Part shown: in pieces, positions 55,330 to 64,000 of the stretch
Numbering within the stretch: position 1 is the stretch's first letter
Layout of the letters: every line of letters begins with the position of its first letter
Assembly: GCF_054482525.1 (NCBI RefSeq)
Contig: NZ_CM137006.1
Direction: 5' to 3' (one strand)
DNA: 64,000 nucleotides
Position numbers and translations under genes: made by a program
The notes under the pieces: model-generated
Told to the model about the DNA's origin: nothing
Database searches by the model: none
Seen by the model: the letters and a program-made list of their open reading frames with translations, nothing else

Positions 55330-55700
55330 AACGACATTCGTGCCGGATGCACTGGAGCAGGCAGTATGGGCCGTCGTCCATCTGGCACCATCCATCACAG
55401 TAATAAAGGTTCTCAGTATGTATCGCTGGCCTACATGCAGCGACTTAAGGAAGCCGGATTACTGGTATCAACAGGGAGTCCTGGCGACTCGTATGACAAC
55501 GCGATGGAGGAGAGCATCAATGGTCTTTACAAAACGGAGGTAATACACCGTAAGAGCTGGAAAAAACCGGACAGAAGTGAAACTGGCCACACTAACGTGG
55601 GTGGACTGGTATAACAATCGACGATTACTGGAAAGGCTGGGCCATATTCCTCCGACAGAAACAGAAAAAGCTTATTATGCCTCCATCGGAAACAATGATC
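55330..55700 (+). pseudogene. IS3-family transposase orfB C-terminal fragment (frameshifted), opposite orientation to the orfA remnant
   Basis: Translation HHSNKGSQYVSLAYMQRLKEAGLLVSTGSPGDSYDNAMEESINGLYKTE, then in another frame LTWVDWYNNRRLLERLGHIPPTETEKAYYAS; DDE integrase-core C-terminus. Confidence 0.7.
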
Positions 55701-56034
55701 TGGCAGCCTGAGTTCACAGATAAAATACTCTCCAGGAAAACCGGGATGGTTCACCGGAGTGTTAAAGTGTGGCTTAAAATTATGCAGTTGCCGCCTGGCG
55801 GTCAAGACTGTCGCTACAGGATAAATCGCTCCGGTGAAACACAACTGCGCAAATCACCATACTGTGCATACGTATTACCGTGAAGGAGATCGGTGAGTTA
55901 CGGGGTTATTGGGTGATCTCCTTCCATGAAAATACGCAGAGCACTTAAATCGCTGCTGGCGCGCACTAAAAACGTGTCAACCTGGTTCCATTAGCGTAAC
56001 ATCAAAGCGAGCACTTAAGAAGCAGAAGAGCAAC

Positions 56035-56751
56035 CTACAGGTTAACCCGAACCATATTAAATTCATAATCTTTTAACTGCTCAGACCTGATCACCAGAAA
56101 TCTGCCATTACCTGACTTAAATGATTTTGATAAAACAAGTGTGGTATCATATCTGGCTAAAACATAATACCACCCGTCATTATAATTCATCATTTCATAT
56201 TCTTTCTTGAATTGCGGCTTGTAAAAGCCAACAGAAAATGAAAAAACCCAGAAATATATGACAAAGCCGACAAGACATATTTCAGAAATATGTTTCTTTA
56301 CAAAGATACTCTCTGAAAAACATGATGCTGAAACACGGTGGCCACAGGTTCTTATAAGAAAAACAAGAATAAGGGATACCGCTACTGATAAGGTAAGAAG
56401 TTTTAATGCCAGATGATTCTTTAGCACAGAGAACTCAATCACCACCGGAACAAACAATAAGAATGAGGCAAGAAAAAGTCTGAAAAAGCTCAATTCATGC
56501 ATGCTTGCTTTGTTTTTTATTCCAAGAAAGAAAAGTACTCCCGCGCCCCATGAGAGAAACAGGATGACCATTATAGTAATTGCATGAAACAGGCTTCTTG
56601 CAACATCGTCAATACCTGCACTGACAACCCACCATGGGAAACCATAATAAAAAGAGACACCCCACCCGTAAAAATATGCACTTCCCCATCCGAGACATCC
56701 CATATAAGCCACAAATAAGGAAGAATTTTTGAGCAACGCGTTGCTGTTCAT
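56035..56751 (-). CDS. Hypothetical polytopic membrane protein, function unknown
   Basis: 238-aa ORF in a strongly AT-rich segment; about five predicted TM helices rich in aromatic residues, then a roughly 60-aa soluble C-terminus; no recognisable family. Confidence 0.5.
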   Translation of the reverse strand: MNSNALLKNSSLFVAYMGCLGWGSAYFYGWGVSFYYGFPWWVVSAGIDDVARSLFHAITIMVILFLSWGAGVLFFLGIKNKASMHELSFFRLFLASFLLFVPVVIEFSVLKNHLALKLLTLSVAVSLILVFLIRTCGHRVSASCFSESIFVKKHISEICLVGFVIYFWVFSFSVGFYKPQFKKEYEMMNYNDGWYYVLARYDTTLVLSKSFKSGNGRFLVIRSEQLKDYEFNMVRVNL

Positions 56752-57243
56752 TTTTACCCCTGTAAAACTGGAATAAGTAACAGAATAGCATTGACATTGT
56801 CAAGATGAACAGCATGCATTGTAACAGTCTGCAGCTTATGTTCTCCGTGGATAATTATTCTTATTTCATGGTGATTTTTGTTATATTTTAAAATGCATAT
56901 CTCACCATTTAGTTTTTTATATCACAAAAACATAGTGATGCAATCATACACACCTGCCTCTATCGTACAGAGAAAACGGGCAATTATTTGTATTATTCCT
57001 TCATAACGACTTCAGTATACAGGATGACCGCAACCACGCTCCTTCTCCTGCCCGGGCGAAGTGCCTGGTTCAGACAATGACATTAACTGGCTGAAATTTT
57101 CGACGCGGTACAGGTCTCCCTGCTTTGAAAGGTGCCTGGCGCTGCAATTTTTTATCATTTGTTTTTGTATCCGGCAAAACACGTCTGCAAGAATCATTAT
57201 TCTCTTGCCTGAAGCTATCCGGCATCCTCAGGCATTTCACGCT

Positions 57244-57795
57244 TTATGAGCTGACATCATCAAGATGCGCCAGTAATTTTTTATTAATGACTTCAAACAG
57301 TTCCTGTTCATCATGGGTCAGATAATCCCAGATTTCTTTCAGATACATGCTTTGTGCAAGAGTGAGCCTCTGAATAAAAAACATACCTTCAGATGTCAGA
57401 CTGATTTTTTTAGCACGGCGATCCTCCCTGCTATCCATCCTTTTTACATACCCGGCTTTTTCTAAAAAATCTGTAATGCGGGTAATATTAGTTCTGGTAA
57501 ACTGCAGTTTCTGGCTTATCTCTGAAGGTGACAGACAATGACTCTCCGCTGTGAATAATGTGGTGAGAACCATGTACACTGAGTGATTTATTCCATACGC
57601 CCCCAGAAATTCAGATATATTATCCTGCATCCTTTTATTTGCGCGAATACAGAGTTGCATCAACAAATGTTCCTGAAAGGGATATGCGGGGTCTTTGTTT
57701 TTTTGGTGTCTGATTATTTTTTCTAATGTGTCTGTGTTATTCATTTCATTATTCTCCATATTACTGAAACACACTGTCTGTGTACAAGCGCGCAT
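57244..57795 (-). CDS. MarR-family regulator of the PapX/SfaX/FocX type (fimbria-linked motility repressor)
   Basis: 183-aa ORF (true start may be internal, for example MENNEMNNTD); MarR winged-helix region ...TRTNITRITDFLEKAGYVKRMDSREDRRAKKISLT; located at the distal end of the fimbrial operon. Confidence 0.7.
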   Translation of the reverse strand: MRACTQTVCFSNMENNEMNNTDTLEKIIRHQKNKDPAYPFQEHLLMQLCIRANKRMQDNISEFLGAYGINHSVYMVLTTLFTAESHCLSPSEISQKLQFTRTNITRITDFLEKAGYVKRMDSREDRRAKKISLTSEGMFFIQRLTLAQSMYLKEIWDYLTHDEQELFEVINKKLLAHLDDVSS

Positions 57796-57941
57796 CAGTC
57801 ATCCGGTAAACTTCGACTTTCCACTACAATTTATTCCTGCCTGATTTCTGTATAACTGAGATATCCCGGCACAGCGGACAGATAAATTTCCTCAGATAAA
57901 AGAACATAAATGCTGGCTGCTGGCAAGTCTGTGAAAAAGGA

Positions 57942-58682
57942 TTATCCATACTGCTCAGTAATCGCGGATAATTCATCAGCTCCCACACGCCTGTAGAGCC
58001 ATCCCTGACAGCCCTGGACATTCATGTCTCTGGCAATACGGAACAACGCTTCATTTTCAACACCTTCAAGTATTACGCCCCGGTTATGACAGGCAACAGT
58101 GTCTGCCACAGCATGGAGAAGCGGCATTGCACTCCTGTTTTTCAGGGCATAATGAAAAAACTCATGACTTATTTTTACCCGTTCAAACATCCCGGACAGT
58201 CCCCACATTAAGCCTGCATTTCCTGAGCCGAAATCATCCAGCCAGAGGGTGAAACGTTCTGACAAAAAACGTAACAGGGGGTCATCACCGGGTTTTAACG
58301 CCACTGCCGGAAAGTCCTCACTGACCTCAAGCCTGATATGTGTTCCCGGCCGCCCCGGGATGCCATGTTTTCTCAGATACAGGGCTACCACCCGGGAAAT
58401 ATTGACACTCAGCATTATTTTCTTCTGCAGACACCATTTATGAAGCGTTTCAGCAGTCTTCAGCTGACTGATGAGTATTTTGTACTGAATATCCGGAGGC
58501 GCACTTCTGAAAAAAACAGATGCGCAGATTTTCCTCCCGTCTTTTGCTGAACGGATATCCGAGAGCATTTCAAAAGCAAATATTTTCCCGGTCTGATTCC
58601 ATACAGGCTCAAAAACCGGTGAGAGGATATATTCTGTTCTGCCTGATTTCACCTCCAGTATACTGTTAACTGCCCCTGACAT
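57942..58682 (-). CDS. Stand-alone EAL-domain protein (SfaY/FocY-like putative c-di-GMP phosphodiesterase)
   Basis: 246-aa ORF with EAL-domain motifs (EML in place of EAL, LWLDDFGSG, ILEGVENE, QGCQGW); between the adhesin gene and the MarR gene. Confidence 0.7.
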   Translation of the reverse strand: MSGAVNSILEVKSGRTEYILSPVFEPVWNQTGKIFAFEMLSDIRSAKDGRKICASVFFRSAPPDIQYKILISQLKTAETLHKWCLQKKIMLSVNISRVVALYLRKHGIPGRPGTHIRLEVSEDFPAVALKPGDDPLLRFLSERFTLWLDDFGSGNAGLMWGLSGMFERVKISHEFFHYALKNRSAMPLLHAVADTVACHNRGVILEGVENEALFRIARDMNVQGCQGWLYRRVGADELSAITEQYG

Positions 58683-58985
58683 TACTCCTCCGGAAATATG
58701 AGCCCCTCCCGACCAGAAGGTCTGGCTGGATAAGCGCAGTTCTTCTGATTTGATTTTTAAACCCTCAGATTTACCATTATCTTTATGATTACTGACAACG
58801 CTCAGAACCAGATATACGGCTCATACTGGTTCTGTTTATCTTTGACAAAGACCATATGACAGACTCGTTCCGTCACAACACCGGAAACAATACTATTATC
58901 AGCTATTTTTCTCCACAAACAGTGATACATTAAATGAAAAACTGGATATAAAGAGCAGTAATATCATTACCGCCACAACTGCATT

Positions 58986-59954
58986 CTAGTTGTAGCTAAA
59001 AGTCACATTTATCACTGACTGGACAGCACCGGGCGTCGGACTTGCCTGACCGGTCAGAGCATAAGAGGCCTTCAGCCCCAGACTCACAGGAGAGCTACCT
59101 ACCTGTCCCAGAGACCTCGGTTGTCCGGCCGGAACCGGCCCCGCGTTGTCCGACAACTGTACACCCACACCGCCGGCCCCTGATGTTGCCGTATTTGCGA
59201 ATACAGTATTACCACTTCCTGTTACAGAACCTGACAGGGTATAGCTGACCGACTGTGTCTGGTCGCAACGTACAGTAAGAGGGACTGTTACCGGCCCTCC
59301 GGGATAGGACGGAAGGTCAACTTTGACATTGTTCGATGAGACCCTGCATGTACCTGTCTGGATATAGACATCATTCGTTGCATAGAAACGCCAGGTGAAA
59401 TTTCTCTCCCCTGCCTCCTGCCCCATGGTGGAAAACTTATTAACATAAACTGTGGCCACTAATTCTCCGGCATGTATCAGTTTCCCGAAAACGCCCGGCT
59501 CAGGATAAAGGTACATTTTTGCCGGGAAAGGTTTCCATACACCATATTGCCAGTAAGCTTCTGTTGGCTTTGTGTCTTGCTGCAGCGGTAACGTCTGACT
59601 ATACCCAGAAAGCCTGTTTGTAAAGTCCAGCCTTCCGTATGTTTTAGCATCTAATGAAGGAGAAAAACCGGTTCCCTGTCTGACCCTGAGATAGTCATAG
59701 TTCTGACCAGAGGCATCTTCATTCTGACATAACACCAGTTGATTTAAATCCAGAACTGTAATGGCTTTATCATACTGAACTGTTGGGGAAAGAGTGATAT
59801 TGAAGCGACTGTCTCCAGACTGAAAAGTCTGCCCTGTCTGGTTATTTCTGCACAACAGTGCAAACGATGGCTGGGAATATGCCATTATAAATGTGAATAA
59901 AACACAGCCCTCGAGGACGGTGCTTTTCTTAAAGAGGGGATAATATTTACGCAT
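58986..59954 (-). CDS. Fimbrial tip adhesin, two-domain FimH/SfaH/FocH-like
   Basis: ORF 58986..60002 (start chosen at MRKYYPLFKK..., uncertain); the C-terminal pilin domain is closely similar in pattern to FimH (...GVGVQL...VSLGL...NVTFSYN); the N-terminal lectin domain is divergent. Confidence 0.8.
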   Translation of the reverse strand: MRKYYPLFKKSTVLEGCVLFTFIMAYSQPSFALLCRNNQTGQTFQSGDSRFNITLSPTVQYDKAITVLDLNQLVLCQNEDASGQNYDYLRVRQGTGFSPSLDAKTYGRLDFTNRLSGYSQTLPLQQDTKPTEAYWQYGVWKPFPAKMYLYPEPGVFGKLIHAGELVATVYVNKFSTMGQEAGERNFTWRFYATNDVYIQTGTCRVSSNNVKVDLPSYPGGPVTVPLTVRCDQTQSVSYTLSGSVTGSGNTVFANTATSGAGGVGVQLSDNAGPVPAGQPRSLGQVGSSPVSLGLKASYALTGQASPTPGAVQSVINVTFSYN

Positions 59955-60450
59955 AGGTATAGGTGACAGTAATTTGTGAATTAATACTTCCCGCACCAGC
60001 ATTACCTTTGCTTACGGCACGGACTTTAAGATTGAATGTCGCCTGCCCATTGCTCACTGTAACAACTTTTGTTGAACCAACTTTCAAGGGGGTATTACCA
60101 TTACCTTGTTCCTGTAGCTCAACCATGATATTAGTAGCATCCCCTGTATTTCTGTAATAATTTGTATTTTCTGCGGTTCCACCAAAGGTGGCAGTAACAT
60201 TGTTTACATTCTGACAATTCGTCAATGTCAACGAAAAATTTTTCCACTGAGAGGTGCTGTTGGCTGCTATCAGGTCAGAAGTGTAAGCGTTATCCAAAAC
60301 AACGGTGGCGTTTGGGTTTCCTCCATTACCAATGGTACAGGTACGTGGCAATACCCTCCCTGTAACAGTAATCGTCGTATCCACTGCCTGTGCTGAAAAT
60401 GCAATACAGTTAATAAGACCGGTGGCCAATATAATAGCTTTCAGTTTCAT
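59947..60450 (-). CDS. Fimbrial minor subunit (SfaS/FocG/FimG-like)
   Basis: 167-aa ORF with a signal peptide, pilin fold and C-terminal beta-strand ending ITVTYTYA. Confidence 0.8.
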   Translation of the reverse strand: MKLKAIILATGLINCIAFSAQAVDTTITVTGRVLPRTCTIGNGGNPNATVVLDNAYTSDLIAANSTSQWKNFSLTLTNCQNVNNVTATFGGTAENTNYYRNTGDATNIMVELQEQGNGNTPLKVGSTKVVTVSNGQATFNLKVRAVSKGNAGAGSINSQITVTYTYA

Positions 60451-60471
60451 CTGTTTTCCTCTGTGTTATAT

Positions 60472-60999
60472 TTACTGATAGTCAAGTACAAAATTAACCA
60501 CCGCATCAACATTACCGGCCTTTACCGGAAGATAAGTGGCTTTCAGACGGGCATAAAACGCTATGGTCTGTGTTCCCGGCATTAACGCAATTGTTGTCGG
60601 CACATTAATTTTCAGCTCATGTTTATCCTTATCAAGAAGCTGAATCCCCACACCCCGTGCTCCATTTATGCTGTTAATCTGAATAAGCCCCGCCTCCTGA
60701 TTATCTGGTGTGCCCGTAAATGTCAGCTTCACTGCACTGACAGCACTGCCGCAGGAGGTCAACCCGACATGAAATACCGACGCAGGTGTGGTATCACCAG
60801 CTGCGGTAAACTGTCGGCTGTCATAACTTCCCAGACTGACATCAAGGTTTCGGGAGTTAATGTCAACATCGCAGGTGTTATCCTGAACATTGCCTGTAAT
60901 ATTCACCACAGAACCCGCTGCACAGACATGACAGGTAACGAACATACTGCCGGCCAGCATGCAGGAGAATGTCACTGTTTTAATAATATCCTTCACCAT
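60472..60999 (-). CDS. Fimbrial minor subunit (SfaG/FocF/FimF-like)
   Basis: 175-aa ORF with a signal peptide and pilin C-terminus NFVLDYQ. Confidence 0.8.
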   Translation of the reverse strand: MVKDIIKTVTFSCMLAGSMFVTCHVCAAGSVVNITGNVQDNTCDVDINSRNLDVSLGSYDSRQFTAAGDTTPASVFHVGLTSCGSAVSAVKLTFTGTPDNQEAGLIQINSINGARGVGIQLLDKDKHELKINVPTTIALMPGTQTIAFYARLKATYLPVKAGNVDAVVNFVLDYQ

Positions 61000-61011
61000 T
61001 TCCCTGCCTCT

Positions 61012-63567
61012 TTACCTGCAACTAACCGTGACATGACTTAATATCTGTCCGGCGCTTTCCTTCGGTAATTTATAATCTGCAGTACACTGGTCCGTGGTCT
61101 GACTCCCCCATTTCACACTAACCTGTCCTGACAGAGGCATTCCGCTCAGATAAACCTGACCATTCTCTCCGGCAATACTGCTCCCCCCGTTTCTGGCCGT
61201 AACAACAGAGCCAAAAGGAACTGCTTTCCCGTTTCTCATCAGCGTCATCAGCACTTTCACACCCACACGGGTTTTATAGTCAGCCCGCACAACGGCACCA
61301 TGCGTGGGCACGACGCTGACCACGGTATTCTCTATATCAACATTATCTGCAAGGGTGTTGGTATCCAGTGCCACCCGGTTTTCACGATAGTCTGTTGCAT
61401 AAGGCAGTACAGCATACCCCCTCCAGTCTGTAGACACCCCCGTCTGGTTTTCAATGCGCGTATCAGATGCACCTGGTGCACGGACAAGAATCAGCGTATC
61501 TCCCAGAGGCTGGCTCAGTGTCAGACCATTGGCATGTGCCAGAATACCGCCACTCAGCCCATAATACAGTTGCCGGTAACCCCCACTGTGACTGTATCCT
61601 GCACTGGCATTACCGTATCCCCCTCTGTAATTCAGAGAGGCATATCCTGTTTTACTGCTCCCCTCATACCCTCCCCGGGTATAACCACTCTGGATGCTGT
61701 ATCCCAGATTATTGTCCCCCAGCAATGTGCCATACAGCCCTGCTGTACTGGCAGCCTGTCCGTGAGCCTCCAGGGTCTGACTGTAACGGGCACTGGCGTT
61801 TCTCCATGCAGATGTGCTGTCCGAACGCATCCAGTGGCTGAACGGAATGCTGACATCAAATGACAGTATCCGGTCAGTTTCATGTTGCCATGCATTCCGG
61901 GACAGGCTGTAGTTCAGGGACCAGCTGATGTCATTCACAGATGAGTTAAAGCCAGCATTAAGCTGACGGTCCGTCCTGTCCGTTCCCCAGTAACTCTGGT
62001 GGCTGCCACTCAGATACAACGTTGACGATTCCCCCGTCTGCTGGCTGATACTCACCTGCACCCTTCCCCGCTTGTTGTAAGCCAGATTGTAGTAATCCGT
62101 ATACTTCGGCTGTATCTGTATCACTCCGTCCTGGGTAAGAACACTGTAACCACTCATTTTCTTCCAGGCGGTATCAGCAAAGCTGAAATAGCCCCGTGTG
62201 GAGTAGCGGTATCCGATTAACTGGATATTTGTCCCTGTTTCCGTCAGTGACTTGTTATACAGAAAACGATATGACTGACCGTCATGCCGGCTTTCATCCG
62301 GTAACCGGGCATTCGCACGGGTGGCATCCAGTGAAACAGCACCCAGCCAGCCCATGTTTTTACCCACCCCCAGATTGAAGGCACGGTAGCGTTCAGCTAT
62401 CCAGGCTCCTCCATACACCGTCCAGCCTGCCGGCAGACCATACTTCAGCGTTCCTTCAGCAAAACGGGGATTATCCTGCTGATGTCCGCCACTGCGAAAC
62501 TCTCCGGCACTGAGAGCATATTTCAGATGTCCTTCACGTTGCAGTACAGGCACCGAAGACCATGGCACATTAAATCGCTGTACACTGCCATCAGCTTCCT
62601 GCAGGGTTACCTGTAAGTCTCCTCCACTCCCGGCCGGATAAATATCGTTTATCTCGAACGAGCCTGGAGGTAGCGTACTCTGGTAAATTTCATACCCGTT
62701 CTGGCGGATACTAATCCGGGATGTTCCCCGGGAAATACCGTGAATTGTCGGTGCATACCCTCTCTGGCTGTCCGGAACCATATTGTCATCAGAGGCCAGT
62801 TGAATACCCCTGAAATTTACACCGTCAAAAATATCCCCCCGGGTATAACTGTCCCCCATCGTCAGACGGGAGCGCAGGGGAACTATATCCCGCTCCAGCC
62901 AGGTGTTAATGTGCTGCCAGTTATTCTGGCTGTACCCCTTTCCGGCACTGTAACTCCAGCTGGTGTTGTCCCGAAGACGCCAGCTCCCGATATTCAGTCC
63001 TGTTTTCAGATTCAGATAGGCATAATCGCTGGTGCCACCATAGCTGTCGCGCACCCGATTACCACTGAAGTCATAATTCAGCAATGCCGCTGTAATTCCG
63101 TTATCCCAGTATTCCGGCGCAATATAACCACGGGCCTGATTACTCATATATATCTGAGGAACGGTCAGGTACAATCGCTGCTGCCCGACATCAAACCGGA
63201 ATGTGGCACCCTGAATCATGGAATTCAGTGATGTGCAGGTGTCAGCCGGCAGTCTCTCCATACCCGGCACGGCATAACGGTTTACCCCCATCGCACTCAT
63301 ATGCTCCGGACTCAGGCAGGGGGCAAGTTGCTTCCCGTCCTGACTCATCTGAAACTGCACGTCACGGGTTGAGATATACGTATCATTCAGATAAATATCC
63401 ACCCGGTACACACCGGGCGGAAGCTCCTGCCCCTGTGTAAATGCAGACAGGTCCGCAACCGCATCCGGGTCATCAGACAGAAAACGCGGATTAAAATAGA
63501 GCTCAGCCCGGGCCGGAGAAACAATTATCCCGATAAAAAATGCCAGCGGCAGTATATTAAATTTCAT
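61012..63567 (-). CDS. Fimbrial outer-membrane usher (FimD/SfaF/FocD family)
   Basis: ORF 61012..63690; start placed at MKFNILPLAFFIGIIVSPARA (signal peptide, preceded by a GGGGG ribosome-binding site); strong collinear similarity to FimD throughout. Confidence 0.9.
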   Translation of the reverse strand: MKFNILPLAFFIGIIVSPARAELYFNPRFLSDDPDAVADLSAFTQGQELPPGVYRVDIYLNDTYISTRDVQFQMSQDGKQLAPCLSPEHMSAMGVNRYAVPGMERLPADTCTSLNSMIQGATFRFDVGQQRLYLTVPQIYMSNQARGYIAPEYWDNGITAALLNYDFSGNRVRDSYGGTSDYAYLNLKTGLNIGSWRLRDNTSWSYSAGKGYSQNNWQHINTWLERDIVPLRSRLTMGDSYTRGDIFDGVNFRGIQLASDDNMVPDSQRGYAPTIHGISRGTSRISIRQNGYEIYQSTLPPGSFEINDIYPAGSGGDLQVTLQEADGSVQRFNVPWSSVPVLQREGHLKYALSAGEFRSGGHQQDNPRFAEGTLKYGLPAGWTVYGGAWIAERYRAFNLGVGKNMGWLGAVSLDATRANARLPDESRHDGQSYRFLYNKSLTETGTNIQLIGYRYSTRGYFSFADTAWKKMSGYSVLTQDGVIQIQPKYTDYYNLAYNKRGRVQVSISQQTGESSTLYLSGSHQSYWGTDRTDRQLNAGFNSSVNDISWSLNYSLSRNAWQHETDRILSFDVSIPFSHWMRSDSTSAWRNASARYSQTLEAHGQAASTAGLYGTLLGDNNLGYSIQSGYTRGGYEGSSKTGYASLNYRGGYGNASAGYSHSGGYRQLYYGLSGGILAHANGLTLSQPLGDTLILVRAPGASDTRIENQTGVSTDWRGYAVLPYATDYRENRVALDTNTLADNVDIENTVVSVVPTHGAVVRADYKTRVGVKVLMTLMRNGKAVPFGSVVTARNGGSSIAGENGQVYLSGMPLSGQVSVKWGSQTTDQCTADYKLPKESAGQILSHVTVSCR

Positions 63568-63711
63568 TCTGTTATTACCCCCGCCAGCAGAGCCGGTCAG
63601 TGATTTATCAGACAGGAGTTGTCCGCCATCTCCGGAAAACATGTCAGCCCCCACACTGAGCGAAAAAATAAAATCAGCAGCCAAACACAACCAGTACCAG
63701 AAATAACTGAG

Positions 63712-64000
63712 TTACTTCACCACACCCCTCACCTGTTCAGTCAGAGCACCATAATCGTTAATTGTTTTATAAGTAATATCTCCTCCGGTGTATCCTCCAG
63801 GGATATTCACAGTGACCTTTCCCAGTGGGGGTACCATGGTGTTTTCAAGACTTTTATTTCCGGCCTTTAAGTCAGTCACTGTCAGATAATACGGCGTCGG
63901 ATTAAGCAGAGTCAGCCCTCCGTTTTCACGGGTGAACTCTAATTTACCCGGTGCCTGTTCTGGCGGAATAACCAGTCCCTGTGGACGGTAGAGCAGTTTA
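63712..64000 (-). CDS. Fimbrial periplasmic chaperone (FimC/SfaE-like), 3-prime portion only; the 5-prime end is beyond the window
   Basis: Minus-strand translation ...KLLYRPQGLVIPPEQAPGKLEFTRENGGLTLLNPTPYYLTVTDLKAG...INDYGALTEQVRGVVK*, matching the PapD-like chaperone C-terminal domain. Confidence 0.8.
   Translation of the reverse strand, partial: KLLYRPQGLVIPPEQAPGKLEFTRENGGLTLLNPTPYYLTVTDLKAGNKSLENTMVPPLGKVTVNIPGGYTGGDITYKTINDYGALTEQVRGVVK

Overview
The window reads as an Escherichia coli-type chromosomal segment. About 47 kb is conserved core, collinear (in reverse orientation) with the K-12 rlmB-to-pheU region: rlmB, rnr, nsrR, purA, hflCKX, hfq, miaA, mutL, amiB, tsaE, nnr, queG, three tandem tRNA-Gly(GCC), orn, rsgA, psd, mscM, yjeM, epmA, frdABCD, ampC, blc, sugE, ecnAB, efp, epmB, groSL, yjeH, fxsA, aspA, dcuA, cutA, dsbD, yjdC and tRNA-Phe. 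Immediately after tRNA-Phe (from about 46965 to the window end) lies an AT-rich genomic island that continues past 64000. It opens with a P4-type tyrosine integrase and carries an uncharacterised TPR-like protein, a phosphoethanolamine-transferase-like enzyme, a Hek/Tia-like outer-membrane beta-barrel, two unknown membrane proteins, decayed IS3-family remnants, and the distal part of an S/F1C-type chaperone-usher fimbrial operon with MarR-type and EAL-domain regulators. I found no CRISPR array, rRNA or intact IS element, and no recognisable defence or toxin system; the uncharacterised island cargo genes are the most likely place for anything undescribed. All calls rest on reading the ORF translations and sequence motifs by eye; coordinates taken from the ORF track are reliable, while those read off the printed sequence (tRNAs, small ORFs, hairpins, promoters) may be off by 1-2 nt.
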